From: Octopus bimaculoides
Lineage: Eukaryota
Assembly (NCBI RefSeq): GCF_001194135.2
Contig: NC_068983.1
Coordinates: 54,932,050-54,996,049, forward strand
DNA length: 64,000 nt
Reading direction: 5' to 3'
Position 1 is the stretch's first letter. The number at the start of each line of letters is the position of its first letter. The notes beneath the pieces are model-generated. The model did not search any database. It was not told the origin of the DNA and saw only the letters and a program-made list of their open reading frames with translations. The position numbers and the translations under genes are program-made. Of the stretch, positions 26,420 through 40,192 are shown piece after piece.

Positions 26420-26830
26420 TGTAACCTTTTAGTATTTAAACTGGCCGCACTTCACCCAAATAGTCTGCATTATGTTCAGACCAGACAGATCTGGTCTCTT
26501 ACACCTACCCTACAATGTCAGTCTAAAAACAAACAATCATATCATTGAAATTTCAAAGCTACAAGATAATTCAAAACAATGTAAATTAATAAGCATTATA
26601 TTTGACTGAGTAATTTGAACAATAAGGGGTCAACCAGTTATTATTTAAAACGGCATATCTGGCCCAAATATTCTACCTGGTTTATGTTCAAACCAGCCAG
26701 ATCTGGTCACTCACACCTATCCTACAATGTCATAGAAATATACATTCACAGCATGAAAAATCTCAAAGCTATGAGATAATGCGTGATTGATTGAAAACCA
26801 TATGACAATGTTATCCGAATGCTAAAGGTG
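26420..26830. mobile_element. Two tandem diverged copies of a TTAA-type MITE (CCCTTTAGCATT family)
   Basis: Both share CCAGATCTGGTC..CACCTA.CCTACAATGTCA and end in AATGCTAAAGG-like termini; homologous to 36055-36255. Confidence 0.6.
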
Positions 26831-27314
26831 TAATGTGAGCGATATCCAGCTCGCTAGTTCTGATATCCAATGTATATTCTAATAGGTAAGGTGCAAGTTT
26901 TTATTCGAAATGCATAAAAAATAGAAAATGTGTGTGATTTACCTTCCAAATCTGGTTCTGGACATGAAAATTACAGCACACACACACACAAACACACACA
27001 CTCTATGCTACACTACACATGCCAGCAAATAAATGAGTTATGTAGGCCAGCTTAGCTGTGTCAGTAAACAGTCTCTATGAATATCAGCATTGTAGCCAAA
27101 TGCGTGTGGGTGACATCAAGTGCAAAAACACAGATAATTGCCGAAGCAGAACCTGATTCTCCTACAAAACAAACTTGGCTGTGATGTACATGTTATATTG
27201 CTCATGTTTGTCTAAAATTCTTGCATCAATGTTACTTCAGTTCCAACAACAGATTTTTGGGTGGATGCGTGAAAAAAAATTACTTCTTTGAGACAAAGCA
27301 GAAGTAACTAAACC

Positions 27315-27494
27315 ACACATGGCTGTGTGGTAAGTAGCTTGCCTCCCAGCCACATGGTTCTGGGTTCCGTCCCACTGCATTGTACCTTGGGCAAGTGTTT
27401 TGGGCATCTTTAGCTAACCAAAGCCTCGTGAGTGGATGGATTTGGTCGACGGAAACTGAAAGAAGCCTGCTGTGTGTGTGTGTGTGTGTGTATG

Positions 27495-27535
<41 letters not shown>

Positions 27536-27960
27536 NNNNNNNNNNNNNNNNNNNNNNNNNNNNNNNNNNNNNNNNNNNNNNNNNNNNNNNNNNNNNNNNN
27601 NNNNNNNNNNNNNNNNNNNNNNNNNNNNNNNNNNNNNNNNNNNNNNNNNNNNNNNNNNNNNNNNNNNNNNNNNNNNNNNNNNNNNNNNNNNNNNNNNNNN
27701 NNNNNNNNNNNNNNNNNNNNNNNNNNNNNNNNNNNNNNTATATATTTGTGTGTGTTTGTCCCTCACCACCACCACTTGACAACTACTGTTGATGTATTTA
27801 TGTCCCTGTAACTTAGCAGTTCAGCAAAAGAAATCAGTAGAATAAGTACCAAGCTTGTAAAAAAAATACATATATGTACTGAGGGTCAATTCATTTGACT
27901 AAAAATTTCTCAAGGCGGTGCTCCAGCATGGCTGCAGCCAAATGACTGAAACAAATAAAA
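27315..27960 (+). mobile_element. SINE family A spanning an assembly gap in its internal microsatellite
   Basis: Head before and tail after the N run. Confidence 0.8.
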
Positions 27961-29108
27961 GACAAAAGATGAAAAAAGATGAACACTAAGGACAGAAGCT
28001 TACCATCATTTGAACACCCACCTCTTCCATGCTTGCATGAATCGGATGGATTTTATTGAGGTAGATTTTCTAAAGCCAGATGCCTTTCCTGCTGCTAACC
28101 CTCACTTGTTTTCAAGCAGGGTAATATTTCCCCATGGCAAAGCTTGTTTTCGCAGAAAATTAGAAATGAATGACACTGCTTGTATAACAGTGACACTCAT
28201 TTACTACTATCAGGCGGTGTCAGGAGAAAGAGACACAAACATACATGCATGAATACATGTACAGAGGGCTTCTTTCAGTTTCCATCAATCAAATCCACTC
28301 ACAAGGCTATGATCGATCTGGGGTTATAGTAGAAGACACTTGCCCAAAGGGCCATGTAGTAGAACTGAACCCACAACGATGTGATTAGGAAGCAAATGTC
28401 TTACAATGCAGCCCCGCATCTGTACCTAAATATCAGGTTATGAAATTTGTTTCCAGCTGTGTATTATTTAACATGCTGAAGAGAGCGTGTAAAAACTGTA
28501 ACACCGAGAGAGGGCTTTTCTGTGTTAGTAGTGCTACGTGAGCAACTGGTAGAAATAAAATGAATCAGTCGAGAAAAAGCTAGAAATAAGTTTTGCATGA
28601 TATATTGTCACCACATATGAGAAATTAGAGAAAGATTTAAGAACTTGGATATGTGTATTATGCATGAATGAACTTGTCATATATTCAAATAGAACAAAAA
28701 TCTCGTTAACAAGTAAATGTAACATAACTCAAAATCTTATGTGTGTTAACTGGGTGGAGCATGAAATTTATGAATAGAATTGGGCTTGCATTACATCAGA
28801 AAAACTAAGCTGCAATATTCTTGTAAAATGGATGAAAGTGGCATGGGAAAGTAGTCCAAATGAAATGGTGATGAAATAGGGTCTTTGTGGTTTTTGTCAT
28901 TGTCTACAATTTTGTTCCAATTGTTTTCAAATTTGGTGTATGAATTAAGTTTTCTATACTAATTATAAAGATGAAATTCATTTTTCCTATAAATCCATAA
29001 TCAAAAAGTTATTAGCTTTTAAAATTTGCAAAATTTGGTTATTTTTGCCAATCAAAATGGAAAATGGACGTTAAACAATGATGATGATGGTGATGACATA
29101 TATACATT

Positions 29109-29139
<31 letters not shown>

Positions 29140-29368
29140 CCCTCTCTCTCTCTCTCTCTCTTTCAGAGAGAGGCACAAGCACATACACAGACATATACAC
29201 ACGCGGCAGTAACTTCCACCCACCAAATTCAATCACAAAGCTTCGGTTGGCTCGGGGCTATAGCAGAAGACACTTGCCCATGGTGCCACGTGGTGGGACT
29301 GAACCCGAAACCATGTAGCTGGGAAGCAAGTTTCCTAACCACACAGCCATACTCACATATATATATAA

Positions 29369-29421
<53 letters not shown>

Positions 29422-30329
29422 ATGATAGTGTGTTCTCTTGTCTAGACATTACACGATTGCTGTAAATGTGCATCAGTGTCATACAAGTGAAGTTGTTCAT
29501 TTTCAGTCTTCCATGTGAAACATGTCTGGTCATGGGGAAAAAAACCTTACCTTCTTGGAAACAGATGAGGGTCGGCAACAGGAAGGGTGTCTGGCTATGG
29601 AAAGTCTACATCAACAAATTCTGCCTAACGCATGCAAGCATGGAAAAGTGAATATTAAATGATTATGATGATGATGTTTTACAGTTACAATGAAATCATT
29701 AAAAATTTAACAATGATTAACTACAGATTGTCATCAATTATTCTGTGGACTCCTAAAACCATTTTATGGATACTATTTGTATTTTTTGTAGCATTCATTG
29801 AAATCCATTAATAAATGTATAAAAATCCATTACATGCAACAGAAGCTGCCTTAGACTAAAATAGCCATTTACTTACCATACTTAATGTAAATACAGTGTG
29901 ACAGGTAAAATTTATTATGGTAATGGAAATGTTTTATAGTCTGGCCTGCCTCTAAAAATGTTTCCCTACTCTTGCCATAGATGTTTGTATGTTTATGTCT
30001 TTTAGCATTCAGATTTCTTTGTCAAATGTATTTCTTATTCATTCACAGTCTTTTGAATTATCACACTTTATCTTCTGGCTTAAAGAATTAAATGGTGTAT
30101 TTGTATTTTTTTTTTAATGGCATTGTAGGGTAGGTGTGAGAGGTTGGATCTGGTCAGTTTCAATGTAAACGACACAGAATATTTTGGGCTGGATATTGCT
30201 GGATTATATGTTATTTAAGATATTTCAGGACTACAGTACATATAATATCATGTTTATGATGATTATGTCAACGACAACCATGATGTCAACAAGAACCACC
30301 ATCAATATTATATTCCTGGATTCAATACT

Positions 30330-31110
30330 TGCATAATTTGTATGAATTTTCTCCAGCACAGCATCTCGCTACTTGCTTGCAACCCTTTGTTATTTCCTTA
30401 TAAGTTTCAGAACCCTGAGTTCACCCTGCTCCATATTTCCCCTGGACTTCCTCGTCTGTAGGTATCTTCTGCTTGGGTTGCTCCACTAATTCCTTAAACC
30501 ATCTGTTATGGTCTATACGTGGAGGCGCAATGGCCCAGTGGTTAGGGCAGCGGACTTGCGGTCATAGGATCGCAGTTTCGATTCCCAGACCAGGCGTTGT
30601 GAGTGTTTATTGAGCGAAAACACCTAAAGCTCCACAAGGCTCTGGCAGGGGATGGTGGCGAACCCTGCTGTACTCTTTCATCACAACTTTCTCTCACTCT
30701 TACTTCCCGTTTCTGTTGTACCTGTAATTCAAAGGGTCAGCCTTGTCACACTGTGTCACGCTGAATATCCCCGAGAACTACGTTAAGGGTACACGTGTCT
30801 GTGGAGTGCTCAACCACTTGCACGTTAATTTCACGAGCAGGCTGTTCTGTTGATCGGATCAACTGGAACCCTTGACGTCATAAGTGACGGAGTGCCAACA
30901 ACAACAATGGTCTATACACATCATATGTCTATACTCACACAAACTGTTCTCTCACACATGACAACTGATTCCTTTCATACCCAGATTTTCGCTTGACTCA
31001 TTTGTGCTTCATCTATTATGAACGCTAACATTAACACATCCAGCCAAGCTTGATTCTCTCACTTCTTTCTAGTTGTCACACATCCTTAATATTCAAAGCC
31101 TTTGTTTTGC
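30330..31110 (-). mobile_element. Old RTE ORF C-terminal remnant interrupted by a family C SINE
   Basis: Minus strand QLERSERIKLGWMC..VKRKSG..DHNRWFKE..RRGSP..W with many stops and frameshifts. Confidence 0.5.
30519..30906 (+). mobile_element. SINE family C, full length
   Basis: 11-bp TSD ATGGTCTATAC at 30508-30518 and 30907-30917; (AAC)n tail. Confidence 0.93.
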
Positions 31111-31274
31111 TACCATGTTGTATGACGAGAAGCTTGCTTTCCAACCACATGGTTCAGGGTTTCAATCCTGCTGTGTGGCACTTTGGGCAAATACCATGTC
31201 TTCTATTTTGGTCTCAGGTTGACCAAAGCCTTGTAGGTAGATCTGGTAGATAGAAACTGAAAAAAGCCCATTGT

Positions 31275-31315
<41 letters not shown>

Positions 31316-31744
31316 TGTTATGAAGGGTAATGGAGTCAACCAGACCCGAATGTTACAGGTAATACCGAGTAAGTGCTGTATACCGACTAGTTTTGCCCCG
31401 GATGTGGTTGCAACATGAATGGGGAATTTAACATGGGTCGTGTATTATTTACGCCATTGGTCTCTTTATCTCATTCTTTTTGTATGTGTATATATATATA
31501 AATAGACATATATCAATGGGTGTGTCTGTGTCTGTCCCCCACCACTGCCTAATAACTGTTGTTGATCTGTTTACATTCCCGTGACTTAGTAGTAGTGCAA
31601 AGACACCAATAGAATAAGTACCATGGTTTAAAAAATTCAAATTAGTACTGGGGTTGATTCATTTGACTAAAAATTCTTCAAAGTCGTGCTCCAACATGGC
31701 TCCAGCATGGCCACAACCTAATGACTGAGACAAATGAAAACTAA

Positions 31745-32200
31745 AACCCCCAAAAGTACATGAACTTACATACAGTCTGCCCTTCAATTGGAAAGAGAAC
31801 TTCTGTGTTAGCAGCAGAGATGATAGCTCCCGGAATATTTCTCCATCCTGTTCTTATCTTGGTTACCATTCTTTTGGAACACACTGACCCAGCTTCACAG
31901 AAACTGCCAAATATGAACACGAGACCATTTTTGCAGTTGAAAGAATTCCTTTCACAGGTGATCTTACTGCTGACTACTTTGGCATATATCTTCTTGCCAA
32001 GCACCACTTGTCTCTTGGCCTTTTTGTGATCTCACTGCATCTCTTGTGCACCGATAGTTTGCAGTGGGTGCATGGTTGAGAAGCATTCACCTTTTCTGTA
32101 TATCAAACAACACCATTTCACAGATGGGAATAGAGTTTTGTCTCCATTAGGTTAGCTCTTAGAATTTCAATTTGTAGTTTTGCTACCATATTTGGAACTT
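31745..32200 (-). mobile_element. RTE ORF2 fragment (post-RT region with Cys/His finger remnant)
   Basis: Minus strand CKLSVHKRCSEI.., then GSVCSKRMVTKIRTGWRN..(L)PIEGQTVC resembling RTE GGC...I..RI..GW.KF....KG.LY; frameshifted. Confidence 0.6.
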
Positions 32201-32276
32201 TTCACAAACACACACTCACACATGTATATGTATGTGTCTGTCTGTTTGCATGTGTGTGTATGTATATGTGTGTATG

Positions 32277-32317
<41 letters not shown>

Positions 32318-32473
32318 TAGGGAATAGACATGAAAAGAAGATAAACATGGGAGTGATGAGTTTTAACAAATGTTATAAATGTGTGTGTGTATATATATTT
32401 TGGTGTAGATATGTTATTATGTGTGTGTGTATCTTTATATATATAGATGTGTGTATATATGTGTGTATGTATA

Positions 32474-32530
<57 letters not shown>

Positions 32531-33334
32531 TTATATTTGTGTTTGTTTGTATATGTACATAAGTGTGTGTAAATATATATTTGTGTGTGTGTTTGCGTGT
32601 GTATCTGCCACTAAAAAAGAATGATGCTCAGCAGTTAGATGCCACTCCTGATGCAATTATTAATGAGTTCCTGCAGCAGTGATAGCAAGAAATCTCAGAG
32701 AATTATTGGAACTACAATATTTGCCAACATATGAAGATTAGAAAAAGGATTAACACTCTGGCATCAGCATGCATGGGCACATAAGCTATGGGAACTGTGT
32801 CAGTTTCGACAATAAGGGTTCCAGTTGATCTGATCAATAGAACAACCTGCTCTTGAAATTAATGTGCAAGTGGCTGAGTACTCCACAGACCCATGTACCC
32901 TTAATGTAGTTCTCAGGGAGATTCAGGGTACCTGGAATCTAACAAGGTTGACTCTTTGAAATACAAGTTCACATTTTTGTCTGGTGAGTGGACAGGAACA
33001 ACGTGGAATAAAGGGTTTTGCTTAAGGACAAAATGTTCTGCTGGGATTTGAACTTATGACTTTGTTTGTCAGCTTAATACCATAACCACTAAGCCATTTG
33101 CTTTTACATGCGTACATTACAACATGATTTTGTGTGTGTGTGTGTGTGTGTGTGTTCGTATGTGTGCAAAAGACAGCCAAGAGGCATGCTGTCCATTAAG
33201 TTTCATTCATGATAAAGAGAGTTGTCATGTCACGAGTATCTCTAATTTTGATTAATTACTGCTCATATGATTGTTGTTAGCCACATCCTGTCTCCAGGTT
33301 ATTCTATATAGACACACACACACACACACACACA

Positions 33335-33365
<31 letters not shown>

Positions 33366-33393
33366 CAATAATGTATATGTTTATATATGATTA

Positions 33394-33440
<47 letters not shown>

Positions 33441-34145
33441 NNNNNNNNNNNNNNNNNNNNNNNNNNNNNNNNNNNNNNNNNNNNNNNNNNNNNNNNNNNN
33501 NNNNNNNNNNNNNNNNNNNNNNNNNNNNNNNNNNNNNNNNNNNNNNNNNNNNNNNNNNNNNNNNNNNNNNNNNNNNNNNNNNNNNNNNNNNNNNNNNNNN
33601 NNNNNNNNNNNNNNNNNNNNNNNNNNNNNNNNNNNNNNNNNNNNNNNNNNNNNNNNNNNATGACTGTTCACGTTAGTCTCTGACTGTGCAACTGGTTTTG
33701 TTTTGCGCCAAAATCAGAACACATGGTGCGTAAAAATATTTAAATGAAATATTCAAACACTGAGATTTGAAGTTAGATGTCACTACTGTTCATATCATCT
33801 GTGGATAAATTCAAAATTTGATGATATCACCAGTATTAGCATTGGTGGAACGCAGTTATGATAGCTTTAAGGAGCTATGAAATATCGTAATGATGCTTAA
33901 TGAGCATCTACCTGCTAGAAATAAGAGCCAAGTCTTAAATAATCCACCGTAGCGCACTAATATAACAGAGAAAAACAGTATGCGAGGAAAACAGACCGAA
34001 TTAAAACATTTAACAACACAAACTAAAATATTATGCAATTACAGATATCCACAAACAGGTTTCTGCTTTTGGTTATTCAACCTTATATATATATATATTT
34101 GTGTATGTGTGTGTGTGTATATATGTGTATATGTATATTTGTGTA

Positions 34146-34188
<43 letters not shown>

Positions 34189-34196
34189 TTGTTTGC

Positions 34197-34253
<57 letters not shown>

Positions 34254-34780
34254 CGTGTGTCTGTGTGTCCATGTATATAAGTTTGTGTATATATTCATAT
34301 TTATTTATTTATTTATTTATTTATGTATAAACACACACACACACACACACACATACTAACTGCATTCACCTATGACTATGTTGTGAGTTCAAATCCTGCC
34401 AGGTCATCTTTGCTTTCTCTCCCACCAGAATTCATAAACCCAATTAGTAGCCTCTTTTTTTTAAACAACCTCCTCCTCTACTAAGAGAAATAATGGAAAC
34501 CTTTCTTCCAAATTACAAATTTTTATAGCAATGCTCAAGTCTCCATAGCAGCCTGTATTGGATTGCTCAAGTCTGTTGCAGCCTGTATTGGATTAATTCA
34601 CATTTAAACTGCTTACCATTCCTTGTAAGAATCAACTGGTGTTACTTTTATAAGTTCCTTTCAGTTAATTTTAAATATAACAAAGAATTCAGTAAAATAA
34701 CATGATCATTATTAAATTGGTTTATGGAATACAAATTAACATGAAAGTTTGACGAAAGGTTTTAATTTAGATCACTTTAA

Positions 34781-35003
34781 CCCTTTTGTTACCAACCTGG
34801 CTGAAACCGGCTCTGGCTCTGAGTACAAATATTTTGTTTTTATAAATTTTGAATTAAAATCTTCCACCAAAACCTAAGTCACAATTTATGTTCATAACAC
34901 TAGCTTAATGATAAAACTAAGTTATTTTATTAAATTCTTTGTTATATTTAAAGTAATTCAAAGAAACACAGAGCATCTCAGAATAAATATGGTAACGAAA
35001 GGG
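34781..35003. mobile_element. piggyBac-like MITE, TTAA TSD
   Basis: TTAA|CCCTTTTGTTACC ... GGTAACGAAAGGG|TTAA. Confidence 0.85.
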
Positions 35004-36054
35004 TTAAAACAGAAAGTTGGTATGGTTGAACCAGGAGTTGTTTGGTATCAAAATGGTTAAATGATGTCAAAGCAAGGCGACACAAACGAACATACACACA
35101 CATGACAGGCTTCTTTCAGTTTTTATTTAACAAATCCACTCGCAAGGCTTTGGTAGTGGACACACACACACACATACATGACAGGCATTCTTCAGTTTCC
35201 ATTTACCAATTCCACTCACAAAGCTCTGATTGGCCTAGGGCTATTGTAGAAGACACCTGCCCAAGGTGCCATGCAGAGGGACTGAACCTGAAACCATGTG
35301 GTTGTAGAAACAAACTTTTTAATCAAAAAGCTACACTTGTACTTTACATAAAATGTATTTTCTTGTATTTGGTTGAATTGGGTTAATTACATGTGATAAA
35401 TGAAGGATATAATTAATATTTATAATATATAATATCTTCTAGTTTGGTGACTTTATCGTTGTGAGTTCAAATCCTTGCTTAAGGGGAAACAACAATCATG
35501 ACTAATTTATTCATATTATATATGACAATATTTTCCCCTCATGCATTCCTTTATGAATGTTTATATATTGCTTATCTCTTTTTTTTTCTTTTTTTTTTGC
35601 TGTTCATGAAAAACATCAGAAATGTTTTTTATTTATTTATTTATTTATTTATTCTTTTATTTAACATCTCTTTTGCTTTTATTAGCCTATTTGCTTTTCC
35701 TTTTCTTTTTAGGATGGGAAAAAGAGGATTAATGGTAAAATGGTGATTATTTCTACTGCAAATTCATTTTTTTTTTTTTCATTTTATCTCTCTCCCTAAT
35801 TTAGCATTACATATATTTTTAACTCATTAACTAACACCAAATGTAAACCTTTGTAATTTTAGGGATCCATTGTTCTCTTACTTAAGAATGCTACTTTTAC
35901 AAATAAATTTCTCTTCATTTTTGCACCTTTTCTAAACAATCTTGATCTTTTTCGCTTAGTCTCTTTCTCTCACTTCTGTTCCTTCACTGTTGGTCGTTTA
36001 TCTTTAATGGTGTTACCAAAACCTCTTATAATCCATGACTACTTCATAGCTTAA

Positions 36055-36255
36055 CCCTTTAGCATTCAGATTATATTTCAAGCCTAATACTTATTTATTC
36101 ACACTGTCTTCAATTAATCATGCATTATCTCATAGCTTTGCAATTTCAATGATGTGATTGTATACTTTTAGAATGGCATTATGGGGTAGGTGAGAAGTCA
36201 GATGTGATCAGTTTGAAGATTTGGGCCTGATGTGGCCAGCTTAAATGCTAAAGGG
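36055..36255. mobile_element. piggyBac-like MITE, second family, TTAA TSD
   Basis: TTAA|CCCTTTAGCATT ... AATGCTAAAGGG|TTAA; partial relatives near 30000-30210 and 50220-50360. Confidence 0.85.
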
Positions 36256-37246
36256 TTAAACTGCGCTTGCACATTTGCCAAAAGCTTATCGCATACACTC
36301 ACATTCTGTTGCTAATAATTCTTTCTATTGCTAATAATTCTCTCCGTTGCTAATGTTTTCTTGGCAATGCGACATTATTCCTTTAACAGATGCTTTAACA
36401 ATAATTCCAAATAATTATTTGATCCTTTTAATTACTTGTAATTTACAATTGCTATTAGCATTAATAATTACTTTCTTCATACTCTTACTTCTTGTACTAT
36501 TATTAATTCCAGTCTAATTAAGGTTGTGACATGGCTAAATTGTTAGACGTTTTGCAGTATTTCTTCTAACTTTTTATGTTTTGGGTTTCAAATTCTGTTG
36601 TTATCAACTTTGCCTTTCAACCTTTCGGGGTCAATAAAATAAGTACCAGTTGAGCACATATATATAAAGTTGAGTATATATAAATAAGGACCCACACACA
36701 CACACACACATACACACATACATGTGTACATATATATATATATANNNNNNNNNNNNNNNNNNNNNNNNNNNNNNNNNNNNNNNNNNNNNNNNNNNNNNNN
36801 NNNNNNNNNNNNNNNNNNNNNNNNNNNNNNNNNNNNNNNNNNNNNNNNNNNNNNNNNNNNNNNNNNNNNNNNNNNNNNNNNNNNNNNNNNNNNNNNNNNN
36901 NNNNNNNNNNNNNNNNNNNNNNNNNNNNNNNNNNNNNNNNNNNNNNNNNNNNNNNNNNNNNNNNNNNNNNNNNNNNNNNNNNNNNNNNNNNNNNNNNNNN
37001 NNNNNNNNNNNNNNNNNNNNNNNNNNNNNNNNNNNNNNNNNNNNNNNNNNNNNNNNNNNNNNNNNNNNNNNNNNNNNNNNNNNNNNNNNNNNNNNNNNNN
37101 NNNNNNNNNNNNNNNNNNNNNNNNNNNNNNNNNNNNNNNNNNNNNNNNNNNNNNNNNNNNNNNNNNNNNNNNNNNNNNNNNNNNNNNNNNNNNNNNNNNN
37201 NNNNNNNNNNNNNNNNNNNNNNNNNNNNNNNNNNNNNNNNNNNNNN

Positions 37247-37302
<56 letters not shown>

Positions 37303-38453
37303 ACACACACAAATACTTATACATACGCACATATATATATGCTCCCTCCTCCTAGAATTGCTAGCCTTGTGCCAAAATTTGGAACCACTGTTAATTGTTG
37401 GTGTGATAAGAATTCTAATAATCATTTCAAATTTTGGTAGAGGGCTGTTGATTTCAGGGTCAGGATGAGTGAACAGCATCAACCCCAGTACTTGAGAAAT
37501 ACTATATTTTATTGACTTTAAAAGAATGAATGACAAAGTTGACTTCAGTGAGAGTTGAACTCGGACAGAATGTAAAGAGCTGGAAGAAATGCGACTAAGG
37601 ATTTTATCCACCATACTAACAACTATGCCTGCTCACTACCTTTGTGCATGAATAGATTTTTGTGTGCGTGTATAAGTAATTTAATGGCAGTTTAACCCAA
37701 GGTTATTCATGATTGAACAGATCTGGTATCGAAAGGGTTGCAACTGTTCCCTACTTTTTGTTCAGTCATAGTGCATCTCAAACCACATAATCCTGTGTAT
37801 TCCCATGCTTCTTTTTTTTTTTTCAAATATTATCAGGTACAATTTGAGGATTCATCTTTTTGTCTCCTCAATAATACATGCCCTAAAACTCTGAGTAGAG
37901 GTACAGATGCTTCCCTAAATAAACTCTATTACATTTGAGTGTTCTTTCTCTCATTTGTACCCCCAAATATGTATTTATGTATATAATGAACATATCTATG
38001 TCCAAATGCATTAATGAATGTCTATATGTATGCATTCAAGCATATATATATATATACATATGTGTATATGTAATGTATGTATATATGCAGGTATGTGTGT
38101 ATGCTTTTATTCTTTTGCTTGCTTCTATCATTAACCTAAGGTTATACAAGGATATTCTATTTGAAGGGTTGCGTCGACCAAATCCAGCCCAATATCTATT
38201 TTTAGTCTGGTATTCAATTTATTAGTGTCTTTCTGCTGAACCACTAAGTTATTGAGACATAAATAAACAGAATACTGGTTATCAAGCAGTGAGAGACATA
38301 CATAAAGATGCTTGCATGTGCATGCATACATACATATGTCGAGAGGCTAAACTATGGTAGTGAGAGGGCTCTGTTGTCTTGCAATAGAAGAGATACATGG
38401 CTACCTTGGATTACATATAGGTAGGTGGGAGTAGCTAGAAAGAAGACAATAAT

Positions 38454-38885
38454 CTTTCCTTCTCTAGGCACAAGGCCTGAAATTTTTGGGGAGGTGGGGC
38501 CAGTCAATTAGATCAACCCAGTATGCAACTGGTACTTAATTTATCGACCCTAAAAGGATGAAAGGCAAAGTCAACCTTGGCGGAATTTGAACTCAGAACG
38601 TAAGGACAGACGAAATACTGCTAAGCGGTTCGCCTAGTGTGCTAACATTTCTTATTTCTTTATTGCTTACAAGAGGCTAAACATAGAGGGGACAAACAAG
38701 GACAGACAAAGGGATTAAATCGATTACATCGACCTCAGTACATAACTGGTACTTAATTTATCGACCCCCAAAAGGATGAAAGGCAAAGTTGACCTCGGTG
38801 GAATTTGAACTCAGAGCATAACGGCAGACGAAGTACCACTAAGCATTTTGCCCGGTGTGCTAACGTTTCTGCCAGCTCGCTGCCT
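38454..38885 (-). mobile_element. SINE B1-B2 dimer
   Basis: 18-bp TSD TAGAAAGAAGACAATAAT at 38436-38453 and 38886-38903. Confidence 0.9.
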
Positions 38886-39069
38886 TAGAAAGAAGACAAT
38901 AATGGTAGTGGTAAGGTATCAGAACATACTCTAAAGGTAGAAGCAGGTGAGTATAAGAGAGAATATTGACAAAGAATCAAGGAGGGTGGCCAGATAAGTT
39001 GATTATTGTGGGAGAAGAGAAGACAGTTTGAGAAGGTTATAGTGAAAGGAGGAACAAATATCTTATATC

Positions 39070-39430
39070 TTTTACTTGTTTCAGTCATTAGACTGTGGCC
39101 ATGCTGGGGCACCATCCTCAAGAATTTTCAGTTGAATGAATCAATCCCATCACTTATTTTCCTTTTTTCTTTTTAAGGCCTGGCACTTATTCTGTCAGTC
39201 TCTTTATTGAACTGTTAAATTTTGGGGATGTAAACACATCAACACCAGTTGTCATGCAGTGGTCACTGACACACACACGCACACATTTATACAGTGGGCA
39301 TCCTTCAGTTTCTCACAAAGCTTTGGTCAGCCTGAGGATATGAGAGAAAACACTTTTCCGAGGTTCCATGCAGTGGGACTGAACCTAGAGCCATGTGATT
39401 AGGAAGCAAGCTTCTTACTGTACAGTCATG
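39070..39430 (-). mobile_element. SINE family A, diverged
   Basis: TTTTACTTGTTTCAGTCATTAGACTGTGGCCATGCTGG..GCAGTGGGACTGAACC. Confidence 0.8.
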
Positions 39431-39872
39431 CTGTGCCTCTTTCACTTTCTATCATCATCCCCATCATGATGATGCTGGCATGAGTCTGGCAGTTTGACAG
39501 GGGCTGGCAAACCAGAGGACTGCGCCAGGCTCCATTGTCTGTTTTGACAAAGTTTCTACAGCTAGACACCCTTCCTTATGCCAAACACTTTACAGAGTGT
39601 ACTGGGTGCTTTTTATGTGGCACCAGCACTGGTGAGGTTGCCAAGTAACTTGCAAGACAAAGACTTCTTGACTATGAGATGGAGTCATACTGAGGAAAGT
39701 GAATTTGTGCCAGTTGAGTAGTTAAAATATAATAGCAGGATGGAAGTAGGCCTCTTAGTATAAGAGGAGATACTTCTTCGGTTGAAAAAGAAAGGAGAGA
39801 GGGAGAAGTAGATGGTACATTATTTGCATTATTTACAATTGACAGATATTTGTCCTCATCTTGTTTGTTGTT

Positions 39873-39918
39873 AACACAATGTTTCGGCTGATATACCCTC
39901 CAGCCTTCATCAGGTGTC
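39873..39918 (-). ncRNA. Minimal type I hammerhead ribozyme motif (left arm)
   Basis: Minus strand GACAC CTGATGA A GGCTG GAGGGTATAT CAGCC GAAAC AT T GTGTT: stem I GACAC/GTGTT, core CUGAUGA, 5-bp stem II, GAAA. Stem III ACGT is decayed to ACAT. Confidence 0.7.
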
Positions 39919-40013
39919 TTGGGGAAATTTCAAACCTGGGTTCTCATTCCTAAGGTATTTTTCGATGTTGTTGTTGTTATTATTATTATTTTTATTCAGG
40001 TCACTGCCTGGAA

Positions 40014-40068
40014 TGGCGTAATGGTTAAGAGTGTGGACTACTAACCCCAAGATTCTGAGTTCAATTCC
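40014..40068 (+). promoter_or_regulatory. tRNA-derived Pol III internal promoter (A box TGGCGTAATGG, B box AGTTCAATTCC)
   Basis: Box spacing is tRNA-like; GGTTAAGAGTGTGGACTACTAACCC resembles the tRNA-Ser(GCT) D-arm/anticodon segment, without a long variable arm. Confidence 0.7.
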
Positions 40069-40077
40069 AGGCAGTGA

Positions 40078-40134
<57 letters not shown>

Positions 40135-40192
40135 CAACAATAACATTGAAAAATACCTTAGGAATGAGAACCAAGGTTCGAAATTTCCCCGT

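Noticed and set aside
40001-40082. Functional tRNA gene
   Set aside because: The 5' acceptor side is replaced by the inverted arm, there is no long variable arm expected for Ser, and it is embedded in a TSD-flanked element; treated as a SINE head.
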